Positions 52,608-61,069 of a DNA stretch of 61,069 nt are shown piece after piece (the first letter of the stretch is position 1; the number at the start of each line of letters is the position of its first letter). Source of the DNA: Vulcanimicrobiales bacterium (lineage in GTDB: Bacteria; Vulcanimicrobiota; Vulcanimicrobiia; Vulcanimicrobiales; Vulcanimicrobiaceae); contig JBBRLI010000018.1 of the NCBI GenBank assembly GCA_038231455.1, positions 1 to 61,069 of the forward strand. Direction: 5' to 3'. The notes beneath the pieces were generated by a model. The model searched no databases, was not told the origin of the DNA, and saw nothing but the letters and a program-made list of their open reading frames with translations. Made by a program: the position numbers and the translations under genes.

Positions 52608-52755
52608 ATCGTGTCGCAAGCAGACGCGTTCCGATCGTCACGAACGCGCGCCCCAGTTGCACGCGCAGCGATTCGGCATCGCGCGCGCGCAGATAGTCGG
52701 CACAAATCTGACGTTGTCGTTCGCGGACGAGAAACGTCAAGGCAAAATAGGTCAT
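52606..52755 (-). CDS. 49-aa microprotein MTYFALTFLVRERQRQICADYLRARDAESLRVQLGRAFVTIGTRLLATR
   Basis: Manual translation; SD GAGGGGG upstream; the stop abuts the terminator. Below the ORF-track size cutoff. Confidence 0.75.
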   Translation of the reverse strand: MTYFALTFLVRERQRQICADYLRARDAESLRVQLGRAFVTIGTRLLATR

Positions 52756-52810
52756 GGCGATGCCCCCTCGCATCGATGTGAATGCAGGTTATGAGTGCAG
52801 GGGCTGTAAG

Positions 52811-52842
52811 AAAAACGCCCCCGCGATTAGCGGAGGCGTTTT
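52811..52842 (-). terminator. Attenuator terminator
   Basis: Minus strand reads AAAACGCCTCCGC-TAATC-GCGGGGGCGTTTTTCTT. Confidence 0.85.
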
Positions 52843-52863
52843 CGAATCAGATCGAGATGCCGA

Positions 52864-52929
52864 TCAGACGCAAATAACGCTCCGCAAAAGAAGAACCGAG
52901 CTATGTCCGGTCGTGGGAATGTGACGCAT
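52864..52929 (-). CDS. 21-aa leader peptide MRHIPTTGHSSVLLLRSVICV
   Basis: Strong SD AAAGGAGA 7 nt before the ATG; the coding region contains the antiterminator strand; the stop is ~20 nt before the terminator. Confidence 0.7.
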   Translation of the reverse strand: MRHIPTTGHSSVLLLRSVICV

Positions 52930-52971
52930 GGGTTTCTCTCCTTTCGTGCAGAGCGGGGAAAATGTTCGCTT

Positions 52972-53001
52972 ACGGTAACACGCGTTTAAACGAATTGTCA
53001 A
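52972..53001 (-). promoter_or_regulatory. Sigma70 promoter TTGACA-N18-TACCGT with extended -10 TG
   Basis: Consensus -35 at 52996-53001 and TGtTACCGT at 52972-52980; predicted TSS ~52965. Confidence 0.7.
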
Positions 53002-53041
53002 TTCTTCGAAACAACCTTCGAATTCGGTCGGTACCACGTGC

Positions 53042-53350
53042 ATGGCACGAAGAGAAAACGTTGAGATGATTGCGAAGCAGCGGAAATCGATGCGTGAAGG
53101 CCAGCGCCATAACGGGCTTGTGGGCGCATTTGTCTTCGGGACGCTGGACTTGACGGTCTACTGGCCGCTCATGATCGCTGCGCGTTTTGGGTGGATCCGC
53201 AATCGCAATCGAAGCAAGCGGAGTCGTTTCCCCGAGGGCTCTGGCGGTGAGGGTGGCGGGATGGCCGCGGGTGGCGTGCGGGCTCCCTTACCGACGATTC
53301 CCCCGAGTCTGCACGGCAGCAACGCGCGGGCTTTTCCGCCGACGGACTAG
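53042..53350 (+). CDS. Small hypothetical protein with one hydrophobic segment and Gly/Pro-rich tail
   Basis: Fills the gap and has a 4-bp convergent overlap with the next gene. Start uncertain. Confidence 0.5.
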   Translation: MARRENVEMIAKQRKSMREGQRHNGLVGAFVFGTLDLTVYWPLMIAARFGWIRNRNRSKRSRFPEGSGGEGGGMAAGGVRAPLPTIPPSLHGSNARAFPPTD

Positions 53351-53607
53351 TGAACGCGCGTTAGCGCGGCTATCGTGGCGAAAATGCCACCAAGACCGAT
53401 GAGGACAAGAGAAGTATCACCGCCGGTTTTTGGCTTTCGATCGAGTAAGAACATCGAGGCAAATACAACAGCGGTGATGATAAGCGCGACGATCGCAATA
53501 TCAACACGATGGTATCTAAACAGCATGTAAGTCACGACACCCGGGATGCCAACTAATATGGCCAGCTTGCGAATCACTCGAAGCCGAGTCCCTTTTGCAA
53601 GGAGCAT
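53347..53607 (-). CDS. Small three-TM membrane protein
   Basis: ATG 2 bp after the bdh stop; three hydrophobic helices; visibly lower GC. Confidence 0.65.
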   Translation of the reverse strand: MLLAKGTRLRVIRKLAILVGIPGVVTYMLFRYHRVDIAIVALIITAVVFASMFLLDRKPKTGGDTSLVLIGLGGIFATIAALTRVH

Positions 53608-53609
53608 GA

Positions 53610-54410
53610 CTAGTGTGCGGTCCAGCCGCCGTCGATGGGAATCGGGGCGCCGGTGATCGAGCGCGCGAGATCGGAACAGAGATACGCGCAGAGTTCGCCG
53701 ACTTCGCGCGGCTCGATGAAACGGTGCGTCGGCATTTCTTCAAGGAACGCTTTTGCGAGGGCTTGTTCGTCGGTCATGTTGCCGCCGAACGACTTTGCTA
53801 AATCTCTTGCTTGATTGCGCACAAGGTCAGTCATGACCGCGCCGGGACAGATGGCGTTGACGGTGATGCCGTCTTTTGCGCCTTCGATTGCCGCCGTCTT
53901 CGTGATCCCGACCACGCCGTGCTTCGCTGCGTTATACGCCACTTTGAACGGCGATGCGATAAGGCCATGGACGGAGGCGATATTCACGATGCGTCCGCGT
54001 TTACGCGCTTGCATGTGCTTCCACACGGCCTTGGTACCGTAGAACACGCCGTCGAGATTGATCGAGCGCACGAGTTCCCACTTCTCATCGGGGAAATCGA
54101 CGATCGGCGCGACAAACTGCACGCCGGCATTGTTCACCAGATGATCGACCGCGCCGAAATCATGGGCGACGACGTTGACTGCCGCGACGATTGCGAGCGG
54201 ATCGCGCACATCACAGGCATATCCGCGCGCTGTCACGCCGAATTCGACCGCGAGCGCTGAGGCCGTATGTGTCGCCTCGTCGAGCGAGAGATCGAAGATG
54301 GCGACGTTTGAGCCTGCGCGAGCGAGTTCGCGCGCGCAGGCCTCGCCGATTCCGCGAGCACCACCCGTGATGATGCTCGTGCGAGAAGAAAGGTCGATCG
54401 TAAAGGGCAT
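53610..54410 (-). CDS. bdhA: 3-hydroxybutyrate dehydrogenase (SDR)
   Basis: NNAGVQFVAPIVDFP, SVHGLIASPFKVAYNAAKHG and DGGWTA motifs; TAATG coupling at 54410. Confidence 0.88.
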   Translation of the reverse strand: MPFTIDLSSRTSIITGGARGIGEACARELARAGSNVAIFDLSLDEATHTASALAVEFGVTARGYACDVRDPLAIVAAVNVVAHDFGAVDHLVNNAGVQFVAPIVDFPDEKWELVRSINLDGVFYGTKAVWKHMQARKRGRIVNIASVHGLIASPFKVAYNAAKHGVVGITKTAAIEGAKDGITVNAICPGAVMTDLVRNQARDLAKSFGGNMTDEQALAKAFLEEMPTHRFIEPREVGELCAYLCSDLARSITGAPIPIDGGWTAH

Positions 54411-55297
54411 TACCCGTTCTTTTTGAGTCCTGCGACGATCTCCCCGAGAACGCGCTCGGCATCCGCGTATTTCGGCTGACACGTGCCCGCGCCCACGTGA
54501 CCGCCGCCACCGTAGCCGGCCATGAGGTCCCCGACATTGGTATTGCATTTGCGATTGGTGATGCTGTGCCCGACTTGGATCGAGACGAACTCTTTATTCA
54601 TGCCGTCGGCCACGCGCACCGAGACATCGGCCGTTGGGAAGAGCGTGTAGATCAAGAACCGGTTGCCGGTGGGGAGATTCGTCTTGCCGCGCAGATCGGT
54701 GATCACGACGTTGCCGTCGAGTTTGCTATCGGCTAGCAGATGCGTTTTGAAGGCCGCATCTTCGCTTGCCACTTTTTCAATGCGCGTTTTCACTTCCGGA
54801 TCTTCGAGAATCTTCTCGACCGGATGCGATTTCGCAAGACCCATCAAGTGTTTGAAATAGTCTTTGAAACGGCCCAGACCCGTGCGCGGATCGAGCGTAT
54901 AGCCAACGAGAATCCAGCCTTTGGGATTGGTGATATCTTCGGCGGTGAGGTCGGCAGAATCGAGGCGATCCGTCTCGACAAGCAGCTCGTGAAACTTCTC
55001 GAACTTCGGTGACTTATAATGATCGGAGATCACGCGGGCTGCGCTGGGAGCGACTTCAAAAGCGCCCTTCATGTTCGCGTTCCACGATGCGTCGGCTTGG
55101 CTGACGTGATGGTCGAACCACAGCGCAGCGCGTTCGTCATACGGCAAGTTTGCAAGAATGTCGTTGGACGTGATCGCGAACTTCCCGTCCTGAACGTCCT
55201 TGGGGTGAGCGAACTCGACTTCGTCGATCGCTTCCACTTCGGAGAGAAGAATGGCACACGTGAGTCCATCGAGGTCGGCGCGCGTAATGAGACGCAT
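54410..55297 (-). CDS. DHH/DHHA1 phosphoesterase (nanoRNase/pAp-phosphatase-like)
   Basis: DLDG, FDHH and GGGGHVGAG motifs. Confidence 0.88.
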   Translation of the reverse strand: MRLITRADLDGLTCAILLSEVEAIDEVEFAHPKDVQDGKFAITSNDILANLPYDERAALWFDHHVSQADASWNANMKGAFEVAPSAARVISDHYKSPKFEKFHELLVETDRLDSADLTAEDITNPKGWILVGYTLDPRTGLGRFKDYFKHLMGLAKSHPVEKILEDPEVKTRIEKVASEDAAFKTHLLADSKLDGNVVITDLRGKTNLPTGNRFLIYTLFPTADVSVRVADGMNKEFVSIQVGHSITNRKCNTNVGDLMAGYGGGGHVGAGTCQPKYADAERVLGEIVAGLKKNG

Positions 55298-55380
55298 TGA
55301 TCAAAACTCCAATACGACAAGGGGAGGCTTGCTTCGCTTAACGGAGGGCGCTTCCTTACCATTTGCCAACGGAGTCGACC

Positions 55381-56280
55381 ATGCTTGAGGTTACGAACGT
55401 CCGGCGCGCTTTCGGGTCGGTTCAGGCCGTCGATGGCGTCTCGTTTTCCATTAACCGCGGCGCAACGTTTGGTTTACTCGGGCCCAATGGCGCCGGGAAA
55501 ACCACCACGATGCGCATGCTGCTCGGGATTTTCCAGCCCGACAGCGGCAGCGTCACCTGGGATGGCAAGGCGGTCGACAACGTCACCCGGCGGCGGTTTG
55601 GCTATCTGCCCGAGGAGCGTGGGCTCTACGGCAAGATGAAGGTGCGCGACCAGATTATCTATTTCGGCCGCCTGCACGGGATGACCGACCCTGAGGTTGG
55701 CCAACGGGCCGATGCCTGGCTGCAGAGCCTCGAGATCAACGAGTACGCCCAGCGCCCGACCTCCGAGCTCTCCAAAGGCAATCAGCAGAAAGTCCAGGTC
55801 GCGTGCGCTGCGGTCCACGACCCCGAGCTGCTTATCCTAGATGAGCCGTTTTCGGGGCTCGATCCGATCAACGCCGACATTTTGCTAGCGAACCTGCGCG
55901 CGCTTCAGGCGCGTGGCACGACGCTCGTGCTCTCGAGCCACCAGCTCTGGCAGATCGAGTCGCTGTGCACGGAATTCTGCATCATCGCTAAAGGCCGCAA
56001 CCGCGCGAATGGGACCCTGACCGAACTGCGCCGCGATTGGCCGACACGCGTGGTGCGTGTGGAGCCCAAGAGCGCTGCGTTGCAGGCCGTGCTTGCGGCA
56101 ACCGCCGGTGCGCACGAGCGTGCGAATGCAAACGGCTCGCTGCTTTTTGATGTACCGGCGGATCTCGAGCTGCCGGACCTGCTGCGGCGACTTGTCGGCG
56201 CGGGCGATGTGACGGCGTTCGAACGCATGGAGCCATCGCTTCAGGATATTTATCTGCGCGCGATTGGAGAAACCGTATGA
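55381..56280 (+). CDS. ABC-2 exporter ATP-binding protein (NatA/YhaQ-like)
   Basis: GPNGAGKT, GYLPEERGLY, LSKGNQQK and DEPFSGLDP motifs. Confidence 0.92.
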   Translation: MLEVTNVRRAFGSVQAVDGVSFSINRGATFGLLGPNGAGKTTTMRMLLGIFQPDSGSVTWDGKAVDNVTRRRFGYLPEERGLYGKMKVRDQIIYFGRLHGMTDPEVGQRADAWLQSLEINEYAQRPTSELSKGNQQKVQVACAAVHDPELLILDEPFSGLDPINADILLANLRALQARGTTLVLSSHQLWQIESLCTEFCIIAKGRNRANGTLTELRRDWPTRVVRVEPKSAALQAVLAATAGAHERANANGSLLFDVPADLELPDLLRRLVGAGDVTAFERMEPSLQDIYLRAIGETV

Positions 56281-57518
56281 ACGTCATCCCGATCGTCTTT
56301 CAAGCCGAGTTCATGCGCCGAATCAAGTCGCGCTCCTATATCATCGCGACGGTTGCCGTGATGCTCGGCATTTCGGTTCTGGCATTCTTGCCGGGGCTTC
56401 TGGCCAATCAGTTTTCTAGTTCGACGCGCGGCATCGTGCTCGTTGGGCCCACGAACATCACATCGCGCGCGAAGGCGCTACTGGCTAAAGATTACGATAT
56501 CGTCGCCACGTATCCGACGCTGACCGAAGCGCCGAGTAACGCCTATCTCGATAAGAACAAGAAAGCGACCGCGGTTGCCGTACTTGAACGCGGAACGCGC
56601 GGTCTTAAAGTGACCGCGTACGCGCGCGACGTAACGCTCTTCCGCGGTTCGTTCGGACGCGATCTCGTGCCGCTGAACGTGGCTCTCGCGACGAACTTAC
56701 CCTCAGCACAAATCGACCCGCTCCTTACCGTCAACGTTGATGTGAAGAGTCTCGATAGCAAATTCCACGACGAGACCGCGGCGAATATTGCCAAAGGCAT
56801 CGCGTACGGTTTCGTGCTCGTGCTCTACATGTCGATCCTCATCAACGCGCAGAACGTGATGACCTCGGTCGCCGAAGAGAAAACGAACCGCATCGCGGAG
56901 CTCTTGGTCGCAGCGATTCCGCCCTCGCAACTGCTCTTCGGCAAGATTCTGGCTGCGGGAGCGACCGGGTTTATCCAAATCGGTCTGTGGGTCGGAACGG
57001 GGATCGCACTTGCGCCCGTTGCGTTCAAATCATTCGCCGACGATTCGACAACGAAAGCGGCCGGCGCATCGGCACTTGCAACCAACTTGCCCGATCAACT
57101 CGGGCCAGCGGTGATCGGCGCGTTTCTCTTGTTCTTCGTCCTCGGCTTCATCCAATACGCGACGATGTTCGCGGCGGCCGCATCGCTTGTGAACCGCACC
57201 GAAGACCTCGGCAGCCTCGCCGCGCCACTCTACACGCCGGTGATCGCCGGCTTCTTCGTCGCGCAGATCGCTCTGCAATTCCCCAATGCGAACGGTGTCG
57301 TTGTGACGAGCATGCTCCCGCTGCTCTCGCCCTTTGTGATGTTCACGCGCATGACGGTTGCGACCGTGCCGATCTGGCAAATCGCGCTGAGCATCGCGGT
57401 GAACCTCGTCTCCTCATACCTGATCGTGGTTGCGGCAGGCAAAATCTATCGCATCGGCCTGCTCATGTACGGCAAAGCACCCAAGTTTAGCCAGGTCCTC
57501 GCAACGCTTCGCGCCTAA
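56277..57518 (+). CDS. ABC-2 exporter permease (NatB/YhaP-like)
   Basis: EEKTNRIAELL, GKILA and KIYRIGLLMYG motifs; ATGA overlap. Confidence 0.9.
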   Translation: MNVIPIVFQAEFMRRIKSRSYIIATVAVMLGISVLAFLPGLLANQFSSSTRGIVLVGPTNITSRAKALLAKDYDIVATYPTLTEAPSNAYLDKNKKATAVAVLERGTRGLKVTAYARDVTLFRGSFGRDLVPLNVALATNLPSAQIDPLLTVNVDVKSLDSKFHDETAANIAKGIAYGFVLVLYMSILINAQNVMTSVAEEKTNRIAELLVAAIPPSQLLFGKILAAGATGFIQIGLWVGTGIALAPVAFKSFADDSTTKAAGASALATNLPDQLGPAVIGAFLLFFVLGFIQYATMFAAAASLVNRTEDLGSLAAPLYTPVIAGFFVAQIALQFPNANGVVVTSMLPLLSPFVMFTRMTVATVPIWQIALSIAVNLVSSYLIVVAAGKIYRIGLLMYGKAPKFSQVLATLRA

Positions 57519-57527
57519 GAGCGGGCG

Positions 57528-58685
57528 GTGCCAAAAGCCCTCATCCCGATTCTTGCGATCACCGCGGTCGACGTCCTCGGATTTACCATTCTCATCCCGC
57601 TTCTGCCGTTTTATGCGGAGAAGTACGGCGCGACGCCGTTCGTCGTGGGCGCGATCTATGCAACGGTCGCGCTCTTCTCGCTTGTCTCATCACCGTTCTG
57701 GGGAGCGATCAGCGATAAGATCGGGCGCAAAGGCGTGCTGCTCGTCTCGCAGATCGCCGCGTTCATCGCCTTCGTGCTCCTGGGCATCGGCGGATCGCTG
57801 ACGATCATCTTCATCGCGCGCGCGATCGAGGGCGTCGGCGGCGGCACGATCGGCGTGACGCAAGCCTACGTCGCCGACGTAACGGAGCCCAAGGACCGTG
57901 CGAAAGCCTTTGGTCTCGTCGGCGCGACGTTCGGCTTCGGTTTTCTTATCGGGCCGGCGCTGGCCGGTTTTCTCGTGCGCTTCGGCTATCCGGTGCCGCT
58001 CTTTACCGCGGCCGGACTGGCGCTGACGACGATTTTCTTGACGATCTTTCTCTTGCCGGAATCGAAGCAGCCCGTCGGTCGGGCCCCGTCCATCGGGCAG
58101 ATCGTTGCGTCGCTGCGTATGGCGGATCTTGGCACGTTGCTGCGCTCGCAGTTCTGTTTCTCGCTCGCCTTTGCGATGTGGGTATCGGTGTTTGCGCTCT
58201 TCGCGGAACGCGCGCTCAATTTCAACGCCTCGCAGACGAGTTTGATTTTCGTTGTGTCTGCCGTGGTCGGCATCGTCGTGCAGGCTGGCTTGATCGGCCG
58301 ACTCGTCGACCGCTTCGGCGAAGGCCGACTAGCGATGATGGGCTTTGCGAGTCTTGCGCTCGGCTACGGGGGCGTATACTTCGTCCACACGCTCCCAGCG
58401 CTACTCGTCGTCGTGTTTTTCTGGGCGCTCGGGGGAGCGCTACTGCGCCCGACGATCTCCTCGCTCATTTCGCAGAGCGCACCGGCCGATCAGCGCGGAA
58501 CGATTCTTGGCGTGAACGATTCGCTCGGCAATGTCGCCTTCGTTATCTCACCGTTCATCTCAACGAAGATTCTCTCAATCGATCCGAACTTCGTGGGCTT
58601 CGCGCCGGCGATCATGGCGCTCGTGGGCCTTGTCGTTGGCTATCGCCTTTTCATCCGGCCAAAAGAGGTCGCCGCAGCAGCTTAA
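57528..58685 (+). CDS. MFS transporter, TetA/DHA1-like
   Basis: Motif [18 protein letters not shown] and [10 protein letters not shown] motif C. Confidence 0.92.
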   Translation: MPKALIPILAITAVDVLGFTILIPLLPFYAEKYGATPFVVGAIYATVALFSLVSSPFWGAISDKIGRKGVLLVSQIAAFIAFVLLGIGGSLTIIFIARAIEGVGGGTIGVTQAYVADVTEPKDRAKAFGLVGATFGFGFLIGPALAGFLVRFGYPVPLFTAAGLALTTIFLTIFLLPESKQPVGRAPSIGQIVASLRMADLGTLLRSQFCFSLAFAMWVSVFALFAERALNFNASQTSLIFVVSAVVGIVVQAGLIGRLVDRFGEGRLAMMGFASLALGYGGVYFVHTLPALLVVVFFWALGGALLRPTISSLISQSAPADQRGTILGVNDSLGNVAFVISPFISTKILSIDPNFVGFAPAIMALVGLVVGYRLFIRPKEVAAAA

Positions 58686-59425
58686 TACGTCAAGACGCAG
58701 ATCGACTGGCCGAGGCGGCTCGCGCCTTGGACGATCTCGCCCGAATCGAGCGTGAGGGGGCTCGGGATCGGCACGAAGTCGTGCACGCCATCGCGGAACT
58801 GTTCGATCTTCAGCCCAAGCATGCGCGCCCACGCGGCGATTGCGTCGCGATCGAAAAACACGTTGAGCGGATGACCGCTTGCCGTACGCGCATCGCGCAC
58901 GGTCGCATCGAAAACCGCCCAGTGCGATTCCATGCGAAACTCAAGGAAACTAAAGACGATTTTTCCACCCGGCTTCAAAACGCGCTTTGCTTCTTCGAGA
59001 TAGAGAAACGTTTGTTCGTGCAAAAGGTGCGTGAATACCGAAAAGAAGCAGACCATGTCGGCTTCTTTGTCCATTGCCGGGATGGTGAACGTGTCGACGC
59101 GCTCGAAGTGCCAGCGCGCATCACTTGGTACAAGCGACTTTGCATGGTCGAGTAGCGCCTGCACGACATCCGTTCCCAAATATCGGCCCGTGAGATAGCT
59201 TCCGAGCTTTGCTGCTAAGCGTCCCGAACCACAACCGACATCAATGAGAAAGCTCGCGGGAGTAAGCCCGAAGAGCTTGAGCATCTCGGCTTCGATCGTT
59301 CCGTAGGCGTCGAAATTTCCACCTATCGCATATTGAACAGCGGTTTCAGCGTCGCGCGTCTCTTTTGTATGTTCGACATACGTTTCATAGGAGTTTTGCG
59401 CATCGTCGCTACCCAAGTTTTCCAT
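58682..59425 (-). CDS. Class I SAM-dependent methyltransferase
   Basis: IDVGCGSGR, FSVFTHL and RVLKPGG motifs. Start ATG 59425 or GTG 59428. Confidence 0.88.
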   Translation of the reverse strand: MENLGSDDAQNSYETYVEHTKETRDAETAVQYAIGGNFDAYGTIEAEMLKLFGLTPASFLIDVGCGSGRLAAKLGSYLTGRYLGTDVVQALLDHAKSLVPSDARWHFERVDTFTIPAMDKEADMVCFFSVFTHLLHEQTFLYLEEAKRVLKPGGKIVFSFLEFRMESHWAVFDATVRDARTASGHPLNVFFDRDAIAAWARMLGLKIEQFRDGVHDFVPIPSPLTLDSGEIVQGASRLGQSICVLTY

Positions 59426-59577
59426 CACCCGCAGTGTAGTTACTCAACATAGTCATCAAGCGTGACTCATACGAAAAACCGAAAAGACCTTTCCTTTCTC
59501 ATCATCCACGGACGCAAAGTGATTGTAACCGCCAACGCCGGGAGCAACTTTGCTGCCACGCCGCGAAGCTGTTGCTG

Positions 59578-60429
59578 ATGTTCAGAGCGCTTATCGAAGC
59601 TAGCGATCTCGCGCCGCATATTGGCGATCCGAAGTGGACGATCGTCGACGCGCGGCACGCACCTATCGGCGGCGACCCCAACCTCGGGCGCACACAGTAC
59701 GCCGCCGGGCATCTGCCCGGCGCGTTTTACGCCGATTTGGATGTTGAATTATGTGGGCCGGTCAGCGGCACGAACGGGCGCCATCCGTTGCCGGAGCCGC
59801 AGACGTTCGCCGCGTTTCTGCGTTCGATCGGTGTGAACGATGATTCTCAAATCGTCGTCTACGATGCAGGCGCGGATATGTGGGCCGCGCGCTTTTGGTT
59901 TCTGTGCCGCTGGATCGGGCATCCGGCGGTTGCCGTGCTCAACGGCGGCTTTGCCGCGTGGACGGCGCATGGCGGTTTGCTTGATGCCGGATTGCCCATG
60001 TTGCCGGCGCGCGGAACGATTCAACCGCGCGTCGACGAACGCATCGTCGTGCGTGCCGATGAGGTCCTCGCATCGCTCGGCACAGGCGACATGACGATTC
60101 TCGATGCGCGCGCCGCCGATCGCTTCGCGGGCGAAAACGAAACGATCGATCCGGTTGCCGGCCATATTCCCGGTGCACGCAATCGGTTATTTAAATTGAA
60201 TTTCGGCAAGGACGGCCGCTTTCTCCAACCGGACGCGCTGCGCGCCGCGTTCGCAAGTGAAGACGCGAAGCCAGAGCGGATCGTGCATCAGTGCGGCTCG
60301 GGGATTGCCGCCGCCGTGAACATGCTGGCGATGGAGTCTGCGGGTCTTGAAAACTCGCGTCTCTATGCGGGCTCATGGAGCGAATGGATCGCCGATCCCA
60401 AGCGTCCGATCGAGCGCGGGCCAGCGTAA
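59578..60429 (+). CDS. Tandem-rhodanese sulfurtransferase (3-mercaptopyruvate sulfurtransferase-like)
   Basis: GHLPGA, GRHPLP, GHIPGA, active-site CGSG and YAGSWSEW motifs. Confidence 0.92.
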   Translation: MFRALIEASDLAPHIGDPKWTIVDARHAPIGGDPNLGRTQYAAGHLPGAFYADLDVELCGPVSGTNGRHPLPEPQTFAAFLRSIGVNDDSQIVVYDAGADMWAARFWFLCRWIGHPAVAVLNGGFAAWTAHGGLLDAGLPMLPARGTIQPRVDERIVVRADEVLASLGTGDMTILDARAADRFAGENETIDPVAGHIPGARNRLFKLNFGKDGRFLQPDALRAAFASEDAKPERIVHQCGSGIAAAVNMLAMESAGLENSRLYAGSWSEWIADPKRPIERGPA

Positions 60430-60477
60430 GCACGGATCCATAACTAAGGGGGCTGCCAATCGGGCACCGTCCCACGC

Positions 60478-61069
60478 ATGCGCAAGAAAGTCGGCTCCTC
60501 GCGACGCGACCCGCAATGGGAACGCGGCTATACCCTCATCGAGATGCTCATCGTTGTCGGGATCGTGGCCGTGCTCTTGCTCGCGGCGGGCGCATTTGCG
60601 CTCGGCCAGCGCAATTACGAGATCAAGGCCTCGAGCGACCGCTTCGATTCGCTAGTCGATGCGGCGCGCGCGGTGGCCCGCTCGTCCGGCGACGGCGCGA
60701 CGATAACGGTGGTGAAGGGTTCCGGTGGCAACGGCTTCGTGGCGCGCGTCTTGCGTGGGCGGCCGAACGACGTTCTATCGATGACCTACGCCAATATGCC
60801 GGCCCTGGAATCCAATGCCAGCATCAAAGAAACAAGCGACCTCAACACGGAGCCGCCGTTCGCGATCTTCGTAAACTCCCGCGGCAACATGAGCGCAGCC
60901 GCGGGCTGGATTTTCCCCGACAGCGGAACGATCGCGCAAGAGCCAACGTGCAGCGCCGCAATCGCAATCCAGTTTTACGAAAACGGCCAGAAGCTGCAAC
61001 AAGGCATCGCGGGCGCAACGCGCGGCTTCTCGTGCGCGGGCTACGCCGCGGTCAACGTGCCGATCGTCG
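60478..61069 (+). CDS. Type IV pilin/pseudopilin-like protein, partial
   Basis: Not in the ORF track. MRKKVGSSRRDPQWERG|YTLIEMLIVVGIVAVLLLAA is a class III signal with E5; the frame is open to the window end. Confidence 0.88.
   Translation, partial: MRKKVGSSRRDPQWERGYTLIEMLIVVGIVAVLLLAAGAFALGQRNYEIKASSDRFDSLVDAARAVARSSGDGATITVVKGSGGNGFVARVLRGRPNDVLSMTYANMPALESNASIKETSDLNTEPPFAIFVNSRGNMSAAAGWIFPDSGTIAQEPTCSAAIAIQFYENGQKLQQGIAGATRGFSCAGYAAVNVPIV

Noticed and set aside
48044-52705. Long minus-strand ORFs 48044-49471, 49949-51304 and 51374-52705
   Set aside because: Antisense shadows of the TonB receptor and lipoprotein genes; Arg/Val-rich with no motifs, as expected from GC-rich codon bias.
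52864-52929. Leader read as a classical ilv/leu attenuator or a type I toxin
   Set aside because: The Leu/Val codons overlap the antiterminator strand, so stalling there would favour termination, and no biosynthetic gene follows. The hydrophobic run is too short for a typical membrane toxin and no antisense RNA signals are evident. Not fully excluded.
59510-59519. GGACGCAAAG resembling the c-di-GMP-I riboswitch core
   Set aside because: No upstream GCAAAC/GAAA-tetraloop stem or closing P1 can be formed.

Overview
A GC-rich, gene-dense bacterial chromosome segment with about 60 CDSs and no recognisable tRNA, rRNA, CRISPR array, integrase or transposase. The gene style suggests Candidatus Eremiobacterota/Vulcanimicrobiota (inference only): orphan family-5 peptide-binding proteins, lipoproteins starting 'ACSGGG', and a large TonB-dependent receptor paired with a lipoprotein. 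The content is mainly metabolic and envelope-related. It includes a complete biotin-independent malonate decarboxylase operon (mdcACDEGBH) next to a tartrate/D-malate dehydrogenase, a haloacid dehalogenase and a thiolase. Other loci are a LIV-type ABC importer, a CHASE3-PP2C / lipid kinase / PAP2 cluster with a SigB/SigF-like promoter, a NarX/PilJ-sensor diguanylate cyclase with a sigma28-like promoter, a secreted phosphoesterase with a Pho-box-like promoter, an SF2 helicase, and a type IV pilin-like gene cut by the window end. The most striking unannotated element lies at about 52606-53004 on the minus strand and is absent from the ORF track. It comprises a sigma70 promoter, a 21-codon leader peptide with three mutually exclusive RNA helices (protector, antiterminator, terminator), and a 49-aa protein. 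This looks like a complete ribosome-dependent attenuator controlling a microprotein. All structures were paired by eye and no database searches were run.
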